Positions 18,995 through 28,711 of a stretch of DNA of 64,000 nucleotides are shown here, piece after piece. The notes under the pieces were generated by a model that saw nothing but the letters and a program-made list of their open reading frames with translations, was not told where the DNA came from and did no database searches. Position numbers and translations under genes: made by a program. Each line of letters begins with the position of its first letter. Positions within the stretch are counted from its first letter, which is position 1. The DNA lies in assembly GCA_964577595.1 (NCBI GenBank), contig CAZNZK010000002.1:86163-150162 (forward strand), given 5' to 3'. The DNA comes from an uncultured Candidatus Saccharibacteria bacterium. Its GTDB lineage: Bacteria > Patescibacteriota > Minisyncoccia > Phycocordibacterales > JAKAEA01.

Positions 18995-20190
18995 TTGAGA
19001 CGAATAAACGTTTTTTTACCAAGACGATAGACACCAGCGACTGCTTTAACAAAAGGATCACTGGTTTTCTCTTTGGTTTCCATATTAAAGACCGCCCCCT
19101 CATCCACCAAGCGGCGCCATTGTGCTTTAGAGGGAAGAATTTTTTGTTCAACTAAAATATCAGCGAGAAGCTTTGCCGGATCCGCTTTGACAGTTGGAAT
19201 ATTTTCGGGAATACCGCCAGCTGAAAATGTTTCCTGAAACTCTTTTTCCGCCCGAATAGCCGCTTCCCCGCCGTGGTAAAGCGCGACTATTTCCCGCGCT
19301 AAACGCATTTTGATTTCTTTAGGATTAGCACCGGCAGTAAGTTTTTGCCGTAACGCGTCAATTTCAAAAACGGACAAGCGGGTGCAGAGCGTAAAATATT
19401 TAATAACAAGTTCGTCGCGCACCGCCATAACTTTGCCATACATATCGCCTGGAACATCAGTAATACCAATAACATTTCCCCAACTTGATGACATCTTTCG
19501 GCCATCAGTGCCTTCCAGCATGGAGGTCATGAGAATGTCCTGCTCCGTCTGGCCATAGTGTTTTTGCACAATACGACCAGCTTTTAAATTAAAAAGCTGG
19601 TCGGTGCCGCCAAGCTCCACGTCGGCCTTAACCATTACGGAATCGTAGCCCTGCATTAGCGGATATAAAAACTCGCGCAAGGAAACTTCCTGACCTTTTT
19701 CTAAACGCTCAGCAAAATTACGGCGCGAAATCATTTGTTGAACAGAAAACGTTTCGGCCAACTGACACGTTTCTTTGAATTTTAGTTTTGCCAACCAGCG
19801 ACTATTGTAAAAAAATTCAACCTTTCGCATATTAAGAATTTTTCCGGCACTGGCTTTGTAATTTTTTAAATTTTCTTTAACTTCCGCCTCGGAGAGCATG
19901 GGGCGTTTTTCTAATTTATCAGAAGCATCACCCACCTGAGCAGTGAAGTCGCCAATAATAAGAACAACAGTGTGCCCGAGATCTTGGAACTCGCGTAATT
20001 TCCACAGAGTAATGGCCCGGCCTATGTGAATCGTTTTAGAAGTCGGGTCAATACCTAGCTTTACCCGCAATCGCCGACCTGAAAGTAATGCCTGGCGCAA
20101 ATGGTCAGAAACAACAACATCTTCCACGCCACGAGAGAGTATGGCGTCAATTTTTGCCCCATCCGTGTTAATTTTTCGCCACATACTCAA
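18991..20190 (-). CDS. tyrS: Tyrosine--tRNA ligase
   Basis: HIGH-type motif TIHIGRA, KMSKS-type motif KMSSS, and a C-terminal S4-like domain (KAQWRRLVDEGAV). Confidence 0.9.
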   Translation of the reverse strand: MSMWRKINTDGAKIDAILSRGVEDVVVSDHLRQALLSGRRLRVKLGIDPTSKTIHIGRAITLWKLREFQDLGHTVVLIIGDFTAQVGDASDKLEKRPMLSEAEVKENLKNYKASAGKILNMRKVEFFYNSRWLAKLKFKETCQLAETFSVQQMISRRNFAERLEKGQEVSLREFLYPLMQGYDSVMVKADVELGGTDQLFNLKAGRIVQKHYGQTEQDILMTSMLEGTDGRKMSSSWGNVIGITDVPGDMYGKVMAVRDELVIKYFTLCTRLSVFEIDALRQKLTAGANPKEIKMRLAREIVALYHGGEAAIRAEKEFQETFSAGGIPENIPTVKADPAKLLADILVEQKILPSKAQWRRLVDEGAVFNMETKEKTSDPFVKAVAGVYRLGKKTFIRLN

Positions 20191-20222
20191 ACTTTAGCAC
20201 ATTTCGTGATAGGATAGAATCG

Positions 20223-22745
20223 ATGAAGCATTTGAAAAAGAGGCACCAGCCGCATCTTTTTTGGCGGATAGTGGGAATAGTGGGGGCAATTTTTTTTGTC
20301 ATTGCGGGCGTTGTTGCTCTCTGGGTAGCATCACTCCAATTGCCCGATATCACGACGATCTCTGGCCGCGCCCTTTCCAGTTCAACTAAAATTTACGACC
20401 GCACGGGCACTATTCTCCTTTACGATCTCAACCAAAATAGCAAGCAGAACGTGGTGCCTTTTGATCAAATATCGCCCTATGTTAAAGAAGCCACCGTCGC
20501 TATAGAAGACCAGAATTTTTATACCAACCACGGTATTGAGATTGACGCTATTGCCAGAGCAATGTGGGTTGATATAACAAGTGGCCACCTCAAGCAAGGA
20601 GGCTCAACTATCACGCAACAAGTAGTTAAAAATACCCTTCTCTCCGACGACAAGAGTATTACCCGAAAAATCAAAGAGTGGGTGCTCGCTATAAAAGTTG
20701 ATGGCAGTACCAGCAAGGACGACATTTTAAACCTCTACCTCAACAGCTCGCCTTATGGCGGCAACTATTACGGCGTGGAGGAGGCTGCGGAAAATTATTT
20801 TGCAACATCGTCGGCCAGCCTTGATATCGCCCAGTCGGCCTATATCGCGGCCATGCCCCAAGCGCCTACCTACTATTCACCCTACGGCCCAAATAAGGCC
20901 GCACTTAATGCCCGTAAAAATCTTGTGTTGCAAAAAATGCAGGAGACTGGGGCGATTACCAAAGACCAGTACAACCAAGCCTTGGCTGAAAATGTGGTAT
21001 TTCAACCACAAGCATCACAAAGCATTAAGGCACCACATTTTGTGATGTTTATTCGTAGCTACCTTATTTCCAAATACGGCGAGGATGTGGTTGATAACGA
21101 CGGCTTAAAAGTTATTACCACGCTTGATTACGGCATGGAACAGCAGGCGGAACAAATCGTCAACCAGTATGCGCTCGCTAATGAGCAGAAATTCAATGCC
21201 AGCAATGCCGGTCTTGTAGCTATTGACCCGAACACCGGCCAAATTCTCTCTATGGTTGGTTCGCGCGGCTATTTTGACACAGCAATTGACGGCCAATTCA
21301 ACGTTACCACAGCTTATCGTCAGCCCGGATCAACTTTTAAGCCGTTTGCCTACGTCACCGCTTTTGAAAAAGGATACACACCAGACACTGTGCTTTTTGA
21401 CGTACCAACACAATTTTCAACGGCCTGCGATTGGCAAGGTAACGCACTTACGAGTGCCGGCACCAGTGCCTGCTACTCGCCCGTCAACTATGAAGGAACG
21501 TTTGCCGGCCCGATTTCCATGCGCAATGCCCTTGACCAGTCGGTCAATATTCCTTCCATAAAAACATTATATTTAGCCGGCTTAGATGACACCCTACAAA
21601 CAGCTCAAGACATGGGTATCACTAGTTTGGCGGGCGCTGATCAATACGGCCTCACCCTCGTGCTCGGCGGCGGCGAAGTTTCTCCACTAGAAATGACCAG
21701 TGCATATGGAGTTTTTGCCGCTAATGGCGTACGCAACCCTTACACCGGCATTTTGAGCGTCACCGACAAAACAGGCGCAGTATTGGAACAATATCAGCCC
21801 GACCCACAAACCGTTCTGCCGCTACAACCCACACTTGAGCTCAATGACGTTCTACACGACGACCAGGCCCGTTTCGCGCTCAATGGCCCCGGCTCCGCTA
21901 CCGACTTTAGCACTAGCGGTCATGAAGTAGCGGTTAAAACAGGTACTACCAACAACTATAAAGACGTTTGGACTATCGGCTACACCCCCCAAATCGTCGT
22001 CGGTACTTGGGCGGGCAACAATGACGACACACCAATGGCCCACCAAATTTCCGGCCTCATCGTCGCTCCAATGTGGCGCGCCTTCATGAACGTTGTTCTG
22101 GCCAAACTACCACCAGTAAGTTTTCAACGGCCAGCACCCATTGACCCCAACCTCAAACCAATCCTGCGAGGATTCTGGCAAGGCAACCAAACCTACACAA
22201 TAGACAAAGTGTCAGGCCAACTTGCAACAGACTTCACGCCGGCCACCGACCGAAAGGAGGTTTCTATCCCCAATATCCACGATATCCTTTATTGGGTTAA
22301 TAAAAGCAACCCAACTGGCCCGTCACCCGCAAACCCAGCTGCTGACCCGCAATACAATCTTTGGGAACCGGCCGTACAACAATGGGTTACTACCCATCAA
22401 ACACAGCTTGGCCTTGGCCCCCTTACTCCACCAACACAAACAGACACCGTCCACACACCCGACGCTATTCCAACAATATCTATAAGTTCTCCATTAGCAA
22501 ACACTTCATTTACTGTGGGTCAACCAATCCAGGTCACAGCAAACTATCAGGGTAAGTTCGCACTAGCACAAGCAAACCTCTATTTTAACGGCGTGTTTGT
22601 CGACAACTTGGCGGCAAGCCCCCTTTCTTTCCGTTTTACTCCAGTGGCAAGCTCAACGCTACCTAATCAAAACACCATCCGTATTACCGTCAGCGATATT
22701 TATAACAACACCGCAAGTACTTCTCTTCCTGTAAAGTTTCAGTAA
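20223..22745 (+). CDS. Class A penicillin-binding protein (transglycosylase + transpeptidase) with a C-terminal extension
   Basis: GT51 motifs EDQNFYTNHGID and GGSTITQQ. Transpeptidase motifs STFKP, SVN and KTGT. Confidence 0.9.
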   Translation: MKHLKKRHQPHLFWRIVGIVGAIFFVIAGVVALWVASLQLPDITTISGRALSSSTKIYDRTGTILLYDLNQNSKQNVVPFDQISPYVKEATVAIEDQNFYTNHGIEIDAIARAMWVDITSGHLKQGGSTITQQVVKNTLLSDDKSITRKIKEWVLAIKVDGSTSKDDILNLYLNSSPYGGNYYGVEEAAENYFATSSASLDIAQSAYIAAMPQAPTYYSPYGPNKAALNARKNLVLQKMQETGAITKDQYNQALAENVVFQPQASQSIKAPHFVMFIRSYLISKYGEDVVDNDGLKVITTLDYGMEQQAEQIVNQYALANEQKFNASNAGLVAIDPNTGQILSMVGSRGYFDTAIDGQFNVTTAYRQPGSTFKPFAYVTAFEKGYTPDTVLFDVPTQFSTACDWQGNALTSAGTSACYSPVNYEGTFAGPISMRNALDQSVNIPSIKTLYLAGLDDTLQTAQDMGITSLAGADQYGLTLVLGGGEVSPLEMTSAYGVFAANGVRNPYTGILSVTDKTGAVLEQYQPDPQTVLPLQPTLELNDVLHDDQARFALNGPGSATDFSTSGHEVAVKTGTTNNYKDVWTIGYTPQIVVGTWAGNNDDTPMAHQISGLIVAPMWRAFMNVVLAKLPPVSFQRPAPIDPNLKPILRGFWQGNQTYTIDKVSGQLATDFTPATDRKEVSIPNIHDILYWVNKSNPTGPSPANPAADPQYNLWEPAVQQWVTTHQTQLGLGPLTPPTQTDTVHTPDAIPTISISSPLANTSFTVGQPIQVTANYQGKFALAQANLYFNGVFVDNLAASPLSFRFTPVASSTLPNQNTIRITVSDIYNNTASTSLPVKFQ

Positions 22746-22749
22746 AAAA

Positions 22750-23004
22750 TTAAAAAAATATCTCGCGGATGGGACTCCCCCGCTCTTTCAACTCTCGAAG
22801 AATATCTGCGCGCAGCATAAAAAGCTTGTTTTTGACCGCTGAGGTGCTCTTCACCCTAACAATGGAGTCTTTCACCTCTAACTCCTCCGCAACGAGCGTG
22901 AGGCCATATTTTTCTTTACAGAGGGTAATGAGTTCTTGTGTTGCGCCGCCATTAGCCGCAAGTAATTTTTTAAACCTGGCAAAAAGATCCTCCGAGAGGC
23001 TCAT
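22750..23004 (-). CDS. Small DUF721-like protein (position like B. subtilis yaaB/remB after dnaN)
   Basis: 84-aa ORF immediately downstream of dnaN. Assignment is by synteny and size only. Confidence 0.4.
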   Translation of the reverse strand: MSLSEDLFARFKKLLAANGGATQELITLCKEKYGLTLVAEELEVKDSIVRVKSTSAVKNKLFMLRADILRELKERGSPIREIFF

Positions 23005-23020
23005 GTGTGTAGCGCCTAGC

Positions 23021-24130
23021 CTATTTATTAATAGGCATTACTAAGTAGAGAAAAGAGCGGTCGTTGACACCACGAATAACAAGAGGACGGCTTAAACCAT
23101 TGAATTCTAAAGAGAGACTGTCTGCTTCAACAGAACCGAGGCAGTCGGCCACGTATTTATGGTTGAAATTAATCGCTAAATCCTCACCCTCACACACCAC
23201 GTCAAGAGTGTTGGAGCTTTCTCCAACATCGGGGTTTTGAGCGATAATAGTAAATTTTTTCTTTCCAGGAAACACAGAGAATGAGAGTTTGTTGAACTTA
23301 TCGGAAAAAATAGTGGCCATTTTTAGTGTTGTAACAAAATCCTGCTTAAGAAGCGTGACGGTAGTTTTTGCCTCCTTAGGAATGATTTGATGGTAGTCGG
23401 GGAAAGTGCCATCAATGAGGCGTGAAGTAAGATACAAACCGTTAGTATCATCAAGAGCAATTTGATTCTTACTAACCATAATCTTTACATCGCCTTTGAT
23501 TTGCTCCAACACACGAACAATGTCAGGCATGTTCCGAATAGGAATAAGGAGATTGGGGATATCTAAAGCTTTTTTGAGACGAATTTTCTTTTCTGCCAAG
23601 CGGAATGAGTCGGTGGCGGTAAAAATCAAACTGTCACCCTCGGTGTGGATAAAAATACTAGAAAGCTCAGGCTTAATACTAGAAGCCGCACCACTATACC
23701 AAACAGACTTCAAACCACGGACAAAATCACTGGCGGGTAAAGAAAAGGTTTTACTCTCTTCGGTAGAAAGTATGGGTATTGTGGGGAAATCTTCATGATT
23801 AAAGGTTTTAATAACAGTTGAATTGTGTTGGGTCACCACCTTAAGGTTTCCATCAACAGCCTCAAGCACCACGTTTTTAACATTAGGAAGACCAGAAAGA
23901 AAAGAATTAAGGATAGAACCAGGAATAACAATAATGCCGGGTTGTTCAACTTTTACAGGAACCTTAATTTCAATACCCAAATCAAGATTAGTAGCTTTTA
24001 TAAAAAGCTCCCCGTTTTTGGCCTCAAGAAAAATTCCACTTAAAATAGGTAGGGTGGCGTTCTTGGCGGTGATTTTTTCCGCTTTTGTTATCGCTTCCCC
24101 CAGTTTTTCTTTTACACATTCTATTCTCAT
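23021..24130 (-). CDS. dnaN: DNA polymerase III beta sliding clamp
   Basis: 369 aa with a three-domain beta-clamp pattern (MRIECVKEKL...ILSGIFLEAKNGEL...). Downstream of dnaA. Confidence 0.95.
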   Translation of the reverse strand: MRIECVKEKLGEAITKAEKITAKNATLPILSGIFLEAKNGELFIKATNLDLGIEIKVPVKVEQPGIIVIPGSILNSFLSGLPNVKNVVLEAVDGNLKVVTQHNSTVIKTFNHEDFPTIPILSTEESKTFSLPASDFVRGLKSVWYSGAASSIKPELSSIFIHTEGDSLIFTATDSFRLAEKKIRLKKALDIPNLLIPIRNMPDIVRVLEQIKGDVKIMVSKNQIALDDTNGLYLTSRLIDGTFPDYHQIIPKEAKTTVTLLKQDFVTTLKMATIFSDKFNKLSFSVFPGKKKFTIIAQNPDVGESSNTLDVVCEGEDLAINFNHKYVADCLGSVEADSLSLEFNGLSRPLVIRGVNDRSFLYLVMPINK

Positions 24131-24318
24131 TTTTTTATATAAAGAAATACTACTACTATTACCGCTGTGGATATGGTGATATCTCTAAAATAACCTTATT
24201 TTAAGAGCTAATACTATAAGATTCTTTTCCCCACTTCTTCCACACTATCAACAATTTTGTTTTTTGCCAACCTTTATTGATTTTTTATCCCCCACACCTC
24301 CCCACTCTTTCCACAGGT
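24131..24318. promoter_or_regulatory. AT-rich dnaA-dnaN intergenic region with a DnaA-box-like site (candidate oriC part / DUE)
   Basis: tgtggatat at 24166-24174 (8/9 match to TGTGGATAA), flanked by AT-rich sequence. Confidence 0.35.
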
Positions 24319-25665
24319 TTAAATCATGGAACGTATTTGTTTTATTTCTTCCGCCAAAAAATGATCGGTTTTGAGTTCGTTTTTTATTTTTTCACACGAG
24401 TGAATAACCGTGGTGTGGTCGCGACCGCCAAGTTTTTGGCCAATAGAGGGATATGATTCCTCAAATTCTTCACGAAGGATGTACATTATTACTTGGCGCG
24501 GCTTCACCACCTCCTTCCGGCGGCTTTTTTCATAAATAAGGGATTCTTTTATGTTGTAGAAGTCGGCGATGGTTTTAATAACCTCTTTGCTTGATATTTT
24601 ACGTTCCGGCTTGGCGCTGTTTTTGGTAATATTTTTTATTTCATTAATGGTCAATTCTCGGTTGTGATGCCGGGCCTGCATAATGACCGCGTTTAAAATA
24701 CCCTCTAACTCGCGGATATTACCCTCTACGCTTGACGCAAGGTATGCCACCACCTCAGGGGCTACTTCAAAATTTTGAAGCTTCGCCTTCGCTTGAAGAA
24801 TAGCCATGCGTGATTCTACGTCTGGTTGGGAAATGTCAGCCACCATTCCAGCAGAAAAGCGTGATTTTAAGCGGTTTTCTAGGTTAGGGATGAAGTTGGG
24901 GTGTTTGTCGGAAGAAAAGACAATCTGCTTATTGTCATCAAAAAAACTGTTAAAGACGTGAAAAAGCTCCTCCTGACTTTTTTCCTTGCCGGCGAAGAAC
25001 TGAACGTCATCTACTATAAGCACGTCATAGTTTCGGTATTTCTCCTTAAAACTATTTGCCTTTCCTTGCTGGACGGCATTAGTGTAGTCTATGGCGAATT
25101 TTTCTGAAGTAAGATAAAAGACTTTTTTCGTGGTGGCGGCTTTTATGAAGTTACCTACCGCCTGAATAAGGTGGGTTTTGCCGCGGCCGGTGTCGCCGTA
25201 AATAAAAAGTGGGTTATATGAAATACCAGGTTTTTTTGCTACAGCCTGGGCTGCGGTGTGGGCAATTTCATTAAATGGGCCTATAACAAAACTTTCAAAG
25301 GTATAGCGAGGATTAAGGTTGTCGTCTTTATTAATATAATAATCCGCCAAAGGTAACTCACTGGTGGGGTTGAAAAAGGTTGGTTTTCGGTCATTTTTCT
25401 CCTGTTTTTCTGGGCCATTCTTAGTGATACTGTATTCTATATTACGCACTTCAACAGTATTGCGTAAGCAACGGATCAAAAACTTGTGGAATTTATTGAG
25501 CAGCCAGTCCTTAACAAAGATGTTAGGGACATTTACATATACAATACCATCTTCTATTTTGGCGATGTGGGTGCTTTTAAACCACATCTTGAAATTGGCG
25601 GCAGAAACATTTAATTCTATTTCAACCAAAACCGAATCCCAGAGTTTTTTAAGGTCAAGAGGCAT
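24319..25665 (-). CDS. dnaA: Chromosomal replication initiator DnaA
   Basis: AAA+ Walker [11 protein letters not shown], Walker B LIVDDVQF, and C-terminal DNA-binding domain (VIMYILRE...LGGRDHTTV). Confidence 0.95.
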   Translation of the reverse strand: MPLDLKKLWDSVLVEIELNVSAANFKMWFKSTHIAKIEDGIVYVNVPNIFVKDWLLNKFHKFLIRCLRNTVEVRNIEYSITKNGPEKQEKNDRKPTFFNPTSELPLADYYINKDDNLNPRYTFESFVIGPFNEIAHTAAQAVAKKPGISYNPLFIYGDTGRGKTHLIQAVGNFIKAATTKKVFYLTSEKFAIDYTNAVQQGKANSFKEKYRNYDVLIVDDVQFFAGKEKSQEELFHVFNSFFDDNKQIVFSSDKHPNFIPNLENRLKSRFSAGMVADISQPDVESRMAILQAKAKLQNFEVAPEVVAYLASSVEGNIRELEGILNAVIMQARHHNRELTINEIKNITKNSAKPERKISSKEVIKTIADFYNIKESLIYEKSRRKEVVKPRQVIMYILREEFEESYPSIGQKLGGRDHTTVIHSCEKIKNELKTDHFLAEEIKQIRSMI

Positions 25666-25795
25666 ATTGGAGATAAAATAAAAATAAATTCAAGATGAAA
25701 TTTTTCTTATTATACGCTTCGTAGCCCGTGCCGGAACTTGTGGAAGGTGTAAACTCATGTTGATAATTTGTGGATAACATGATATTCTGCCTGGC
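25666..25795. promoter_or_regulatory. dnaA / rpmH divergent promoter region with DnaA boxes
   Basis: Perfect DnaA box tgtggataa at 25769-25777. Near-box tgtggaagg at 25738-25746. Confidence 0.5.
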
Positions 25796-25930
25796 ATGTC
25801 TGTTACATACCAGCCCAAAAAAAGAAAAAGAAGCAAAACACATGGTTTTCTTGTTAGGAGCAAAACCCGCTTTGGCCGAAACACCCTTAAGCGCCGTCGC
25901 GCTAAAGGCCGCCATCGTTTGGCCGTTTAA
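25796..25930 (+). CDS. rpmH: 50S ribosomal protein L34
   Basis: Manual translation gives [44 protein letters not shown] (44 aa; L34 consensus TYQP.KRKR..THGF...RRRAKGR). Below the ORF-track cutoff. Confidence 0.8.
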   Translation: MSVTYQPKKRKRSKTHGFLVRSKTRFGRNTLKRRRAKGRHRLAV

Positions 25931-25935
25931 ATTTC

Positions 25936-26274
25936 GTGTTTTCTCACTCACAACGCATAAGTAGTGCTTTGTTTGATGAAGTGCTCAAAAAAGGGATTCC
26001 CGCGCGGTCTCCACATTTTTCCCTGGCTATTTTGAAGGATACGGCCCTATTAAAGCCTAAAATTGCTGTTATTGTCTCTAAAAAGGTCGCTGGTAAGGCC
26101 ACTTTGCGTAATCGCCTTCGTCGCCAAGCCAGGGCTTGGGTGAAGGCGTATTTTACACAATCACTCGCGTCTAAAAAGGTTATTGTGGTAGTCTTTGTTA
26201 ATACCGCTTGGCAAGGGTCGTTCCCTGCCGCGCTTGCACAAGAGTTGGTAAAGCTTTTTTCTACATCACTATGA
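25936..26274 (+). CDS. rnpA: Ribonuclease P protein component
   Basis: RNR motif region KKVAGKATLRNRLRRQAR. Synteny rpmH-rnpA-yidC. Confidence 0.85.
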   Translation: MFSHSQRISSALFDEVLKKGIPARSPHFSLAILKDTALLKPKIAVIVSKKVAGKATLRNRLRRQARAWVKAYFTQSLASKKVIVVVFVNTAWQGSFPAALAQELVKLFSTSL

Positions 26275-27002
26275 GCCACGGTTTTTTCGCCACTATTTTT
26301 TATATTCCACTCTACAACGCACTTATCTTGTGCGTGAATTTTCTTTCTTGGCACAATGCTGGCCTAGCAGTGATAATACTCACGCTTATTATTCGTTTTG
26401 TTCTCTTCCCGCTCTCTCGCTCCGCCATCAAAACCCAGTTGCAAATGAAGCAGATAGAGCCGGAGCTGAAAAAAATCCGCGATACGGTTAAGGATAAGCA
26501 AGAACAGGCTCGGCTTACTATGCAGGTATATAAAGAGCGCGGCGTTAATCCTTTTTCAAGTATTCTTCTCCTGCTCATCCAGTTGCCCATTCTTATTGCC
26601 CTCTATCAGGTTTTTCGCAGTGGTTTGCCTAAGATTGATCCAACCATTCTCTACTCTTTTGTGGCGGCTCCAGGTGCGTTGAGTATGCATTTTCTCGGCA
26701 TCAACTTGCTTGGCAACAGTGTCATTTTGGCCTTATTTGCCATCGCCACGCAGTTTTTTCAGCTTCAGCTTGCTTTGCCGAAGGTGGAAAAAGCCAAAGA
26801 GCGCTCTTTTCAGAACGATTTGGCCTATAGCATGAATGCTCAAATGAAATATATCTTCCCTCTTATTTTGTTTCCTGTTGCTTATATCTCGCCGGTTATT
26901 GCACTCTACCTTACAGCGAGCAACGCTTTTATGATTCTTCAGGAGTTGTTTGTGCGCCGGCGTTTAGCGGCCGCTTTAGAGGCGAAGAGCCCACAACGAT
27001 AA
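26271..27002 (+). CDS. yidC: Membrane protein insertase YidC (short Gram-positive-like form)
   Basis: WHNAGLAVIILTLIIRFVLFPL with conserved TM core. The ATG overlaps the rnpA stop (ATGA). Confidence 0.85.
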   Translation: MSHGFFATIFYIPLYNALILCVNFLSWHNAGLAVIILTLIIRFVLFPLSRSAIKTQLQMKQIEPELKKIRDTVKDKQEQARLTMQVYKERGVNPFSSILLLLIQLPILIALYQVFRSGLPKIDPTILYSFVAAPGALSMHFLGINLLGNSVILALFAIATQFFQLQLALPKVEKAKERSFQNDLAYSMNAQMKYIFPLILFPVAYISPVIALYLTASNAFMILQELFVRRRLAAALEAKSPQR

Positions 27003-28217
27003 ATCGCTCTTATTGGTGAAAATTAAATAGTCGTCCTTCGGCGAGGCCGTGAGGTTCTCCACGTCAATTGCTTGGCCGGCCTGCTTGCTTACATTGGCCA
27101 CCGTGCTTACTTGGCCGGTATTGGCATCAACGCGGACAATACTGTCAGAGAAAGAAACTAATCCTTGATACCAGGCGTCTGGGTAGTGTCCTCCCGGAAT
27201 GCCTTGCGGCATAGCGCAGTAGAGCACGCCTTTCTGTACTTGTGACCAGGCACATTTGTCGGCGATAGTGTTTATCCCGAGCGCTTCGCTACTACCTGTT
27301 TTACTATTTAAGATCGAAAGCGTTGGTGTGTTTTCAGAATACGCGACAAAATTTGTACTCGGGTCAACATTTATTACTAAGCCGGGAATGTCGCCCAAAA
27401 TGCGCTTTACGGTGCCTGTAGTAGAAAGGAAATAAAGATAGCCACGAGCTACGCTTGCCGGCTTGGTGCTGAGGGCGATAGTGCTGGCGGCCGGCCATTG
27501 CACGTTCCAATCACTAATTGCGGAGGTAAAAATAGTGCTGGCTTTAGTACCACTGCCGCTGGCGATTTTACCCGTGACACCGTCGGCGCTGGTAGTGAGA
27601 TAGAAAATCTGGGTTTGGGCTGGGTTGGCGACTACTGTTTCTATGTTGTCTGGGAGAAAACTGCCGGAGATAATAGGAAGGGTTGAAGTTGTTGTGCTGG
27701 TTTTTTTCTGGGTGATCAGGGTGGCACTATATGTTTTTATAGTTGATTCTTTACTGTCTAAGTAGCGTAAAAGTGTTGTGCTGGCGCCGAGCCACAACGA
27801 GCTGTAAATTTCCGGAATAGTTTGGTCGGAAATGGGAGTGATGGCCACTGTGCTGGAGGTGGCCAGAGCAATAGAATACATGTGACCAGTAGCGCGGTCG
27901 GTTAATTGTACAAACTCCCCCGCTTTGGAACTTGTAACGCCGGCGCCGGCAATTGGCGAAGCATAAAGGTGGGTTAGCGTTTGAATAGTGACCGTTGTTG
28001 CTGCTACGGATGTGCTTGTAGTGCCGGTTGTTTGACCAGGTGAAACCGTTTGATTGCCACCAGAAACAACAGGGAATGGTTGGTAGCCGGTAGGGTTGGT
28101 CCCCTGCCCGTTCGTGCTTCCCGGTGTGGCGCTCTGGCGGAAAAAGAGTAGGTACCCTGCTATTCCTGCCGCTATCAGGAAGAACACTACTGCGCCGATG
28201 AGAATTTTTTTTGTCAT
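26976..28217 (-). CDS. Hypothetical membrane-anchored extracellular protein (last gene of the T4SS-like operon)
   Basis: N-terminal TM helix, then a Thr/Ser-rich beta-rich domain. It overlaps the yidC 3' end convergently. Confidence 0.45.
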   Translation of the reverse strand: MTKKILIGAVVFFLIAAGIAGYLLFFRQSATPGSTNGQGTNPTGYQPFPVVSGGNQTVSPGQTTGTTSTSVAATTVTIQTLTHLYASPIAGAGVTSSKAGEFVQLTDRATGHMYSIALATSSTVAITPISDQTIPEIYSSLWLGASTTLLRYLDSKESTIKTYSATLITQKKTSTTTSTLPIISGSFLPDNIETVVANPAQTQIFYLTTSADGVTGKIASGSGTKASTIFTSAISDWNVQWPAASTIALSTKPASVARGYLYFLSTTGTVKRILGDIPGLVINVDPSTNFVAYSENTPTLSILNSKTGSSEALGINTIADKCAWSQVQKGVLYCAMPQGIPGGHYPDAWYQGLVSFSDSIVRVDANTGQVSTVANVSKQAGQAIDVENLTASPKDDYLIFTNKSDLSLWALRL

Positions 28218-28234
28218 GGTGGTTGGTAAGTAAT

Positions 28235-28708
28235 TTAGACGTTTGTTTGTACTGCTGCCTGGTTAATTTGATCAAGCACATTACCATTGTTGGTTGAGCT
28301 GTCCCCAGCTTGAGTGGGCGATAATGTTGAGTTTGTAGAGTTTACTTGGGTAAACGGATTATTCAGGAGGCTGGGATTGATGGTGGTAATAAGAATATAT
28401 GAAAAAGCCAGTAAAAGAAGGCCAACAATGGTGCGCTGAATAATTTTAGTGCCTTCTTTTTGTTTATCCACGTTCCCTGGGCTTGTGAGGCGCACGATGC
28501 CACCCCACACAATAAAGAAAACCGCTAACACGATGCCGAGGGAAATAAGCACTTCGGCCATAGTGGTGATGTAGGCAATCGGATTACTGGTATCAATATT
28601 GGTTAGTGTTGTGTTGGACTGACCGGGCAGTGGTGTTAAAAGCTGATAGCAATTAAAGTCGCTTGTGCCGCTTGTTGGATTGCAGTTTTGGTTGGTAGTA
28701 GCGGCCAT
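28235..28708 (-). CDS. VirB2/TrbC-like pilin candidate (two hydrophobic helices)
   Basis: 157 aa. Two long hydrophobic segments (VLISLGIVLAVFFIVWGGIV and IVGLLLLAFSYILITTI) after a polar leader. Located in the T4SS-like operon. Confidence 0.4.
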   Translation of the reverse strand: MAATTNQNCNPTSGTSDFNCYQLLTPLPGQSNTTLTNIDTSNPIAYITTMAEVLISLGIVLAVFFIVWGGIVRLTSPGNVDKQKEGTKIIQRTIVGLLLLAFSYILITTINPSLLNNPFTQVNSTNSTLSPTQAGDSSTNNGNVLDQINQAAVQTNV

Positions 28709-28711
28709 ATG

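Noticed and set aside
18705-19151. 148-aa minus-strand ORF overlapping the tyrS 3' end and the acidic small ORF
   Set aside because: Arg/Leu/Pro-rich antisense-type composition. It overlaps the tyrS coding sequence on the same strand in another frame.
18991-20190. Tryptophanyl-tRNA synthetase (first impression from size and class I motifs)
   Set aside because: HIGH and KMSSS spacing, the 399-aa length and a C-terminal S4-like domain fit TyrS rather than TrpS.
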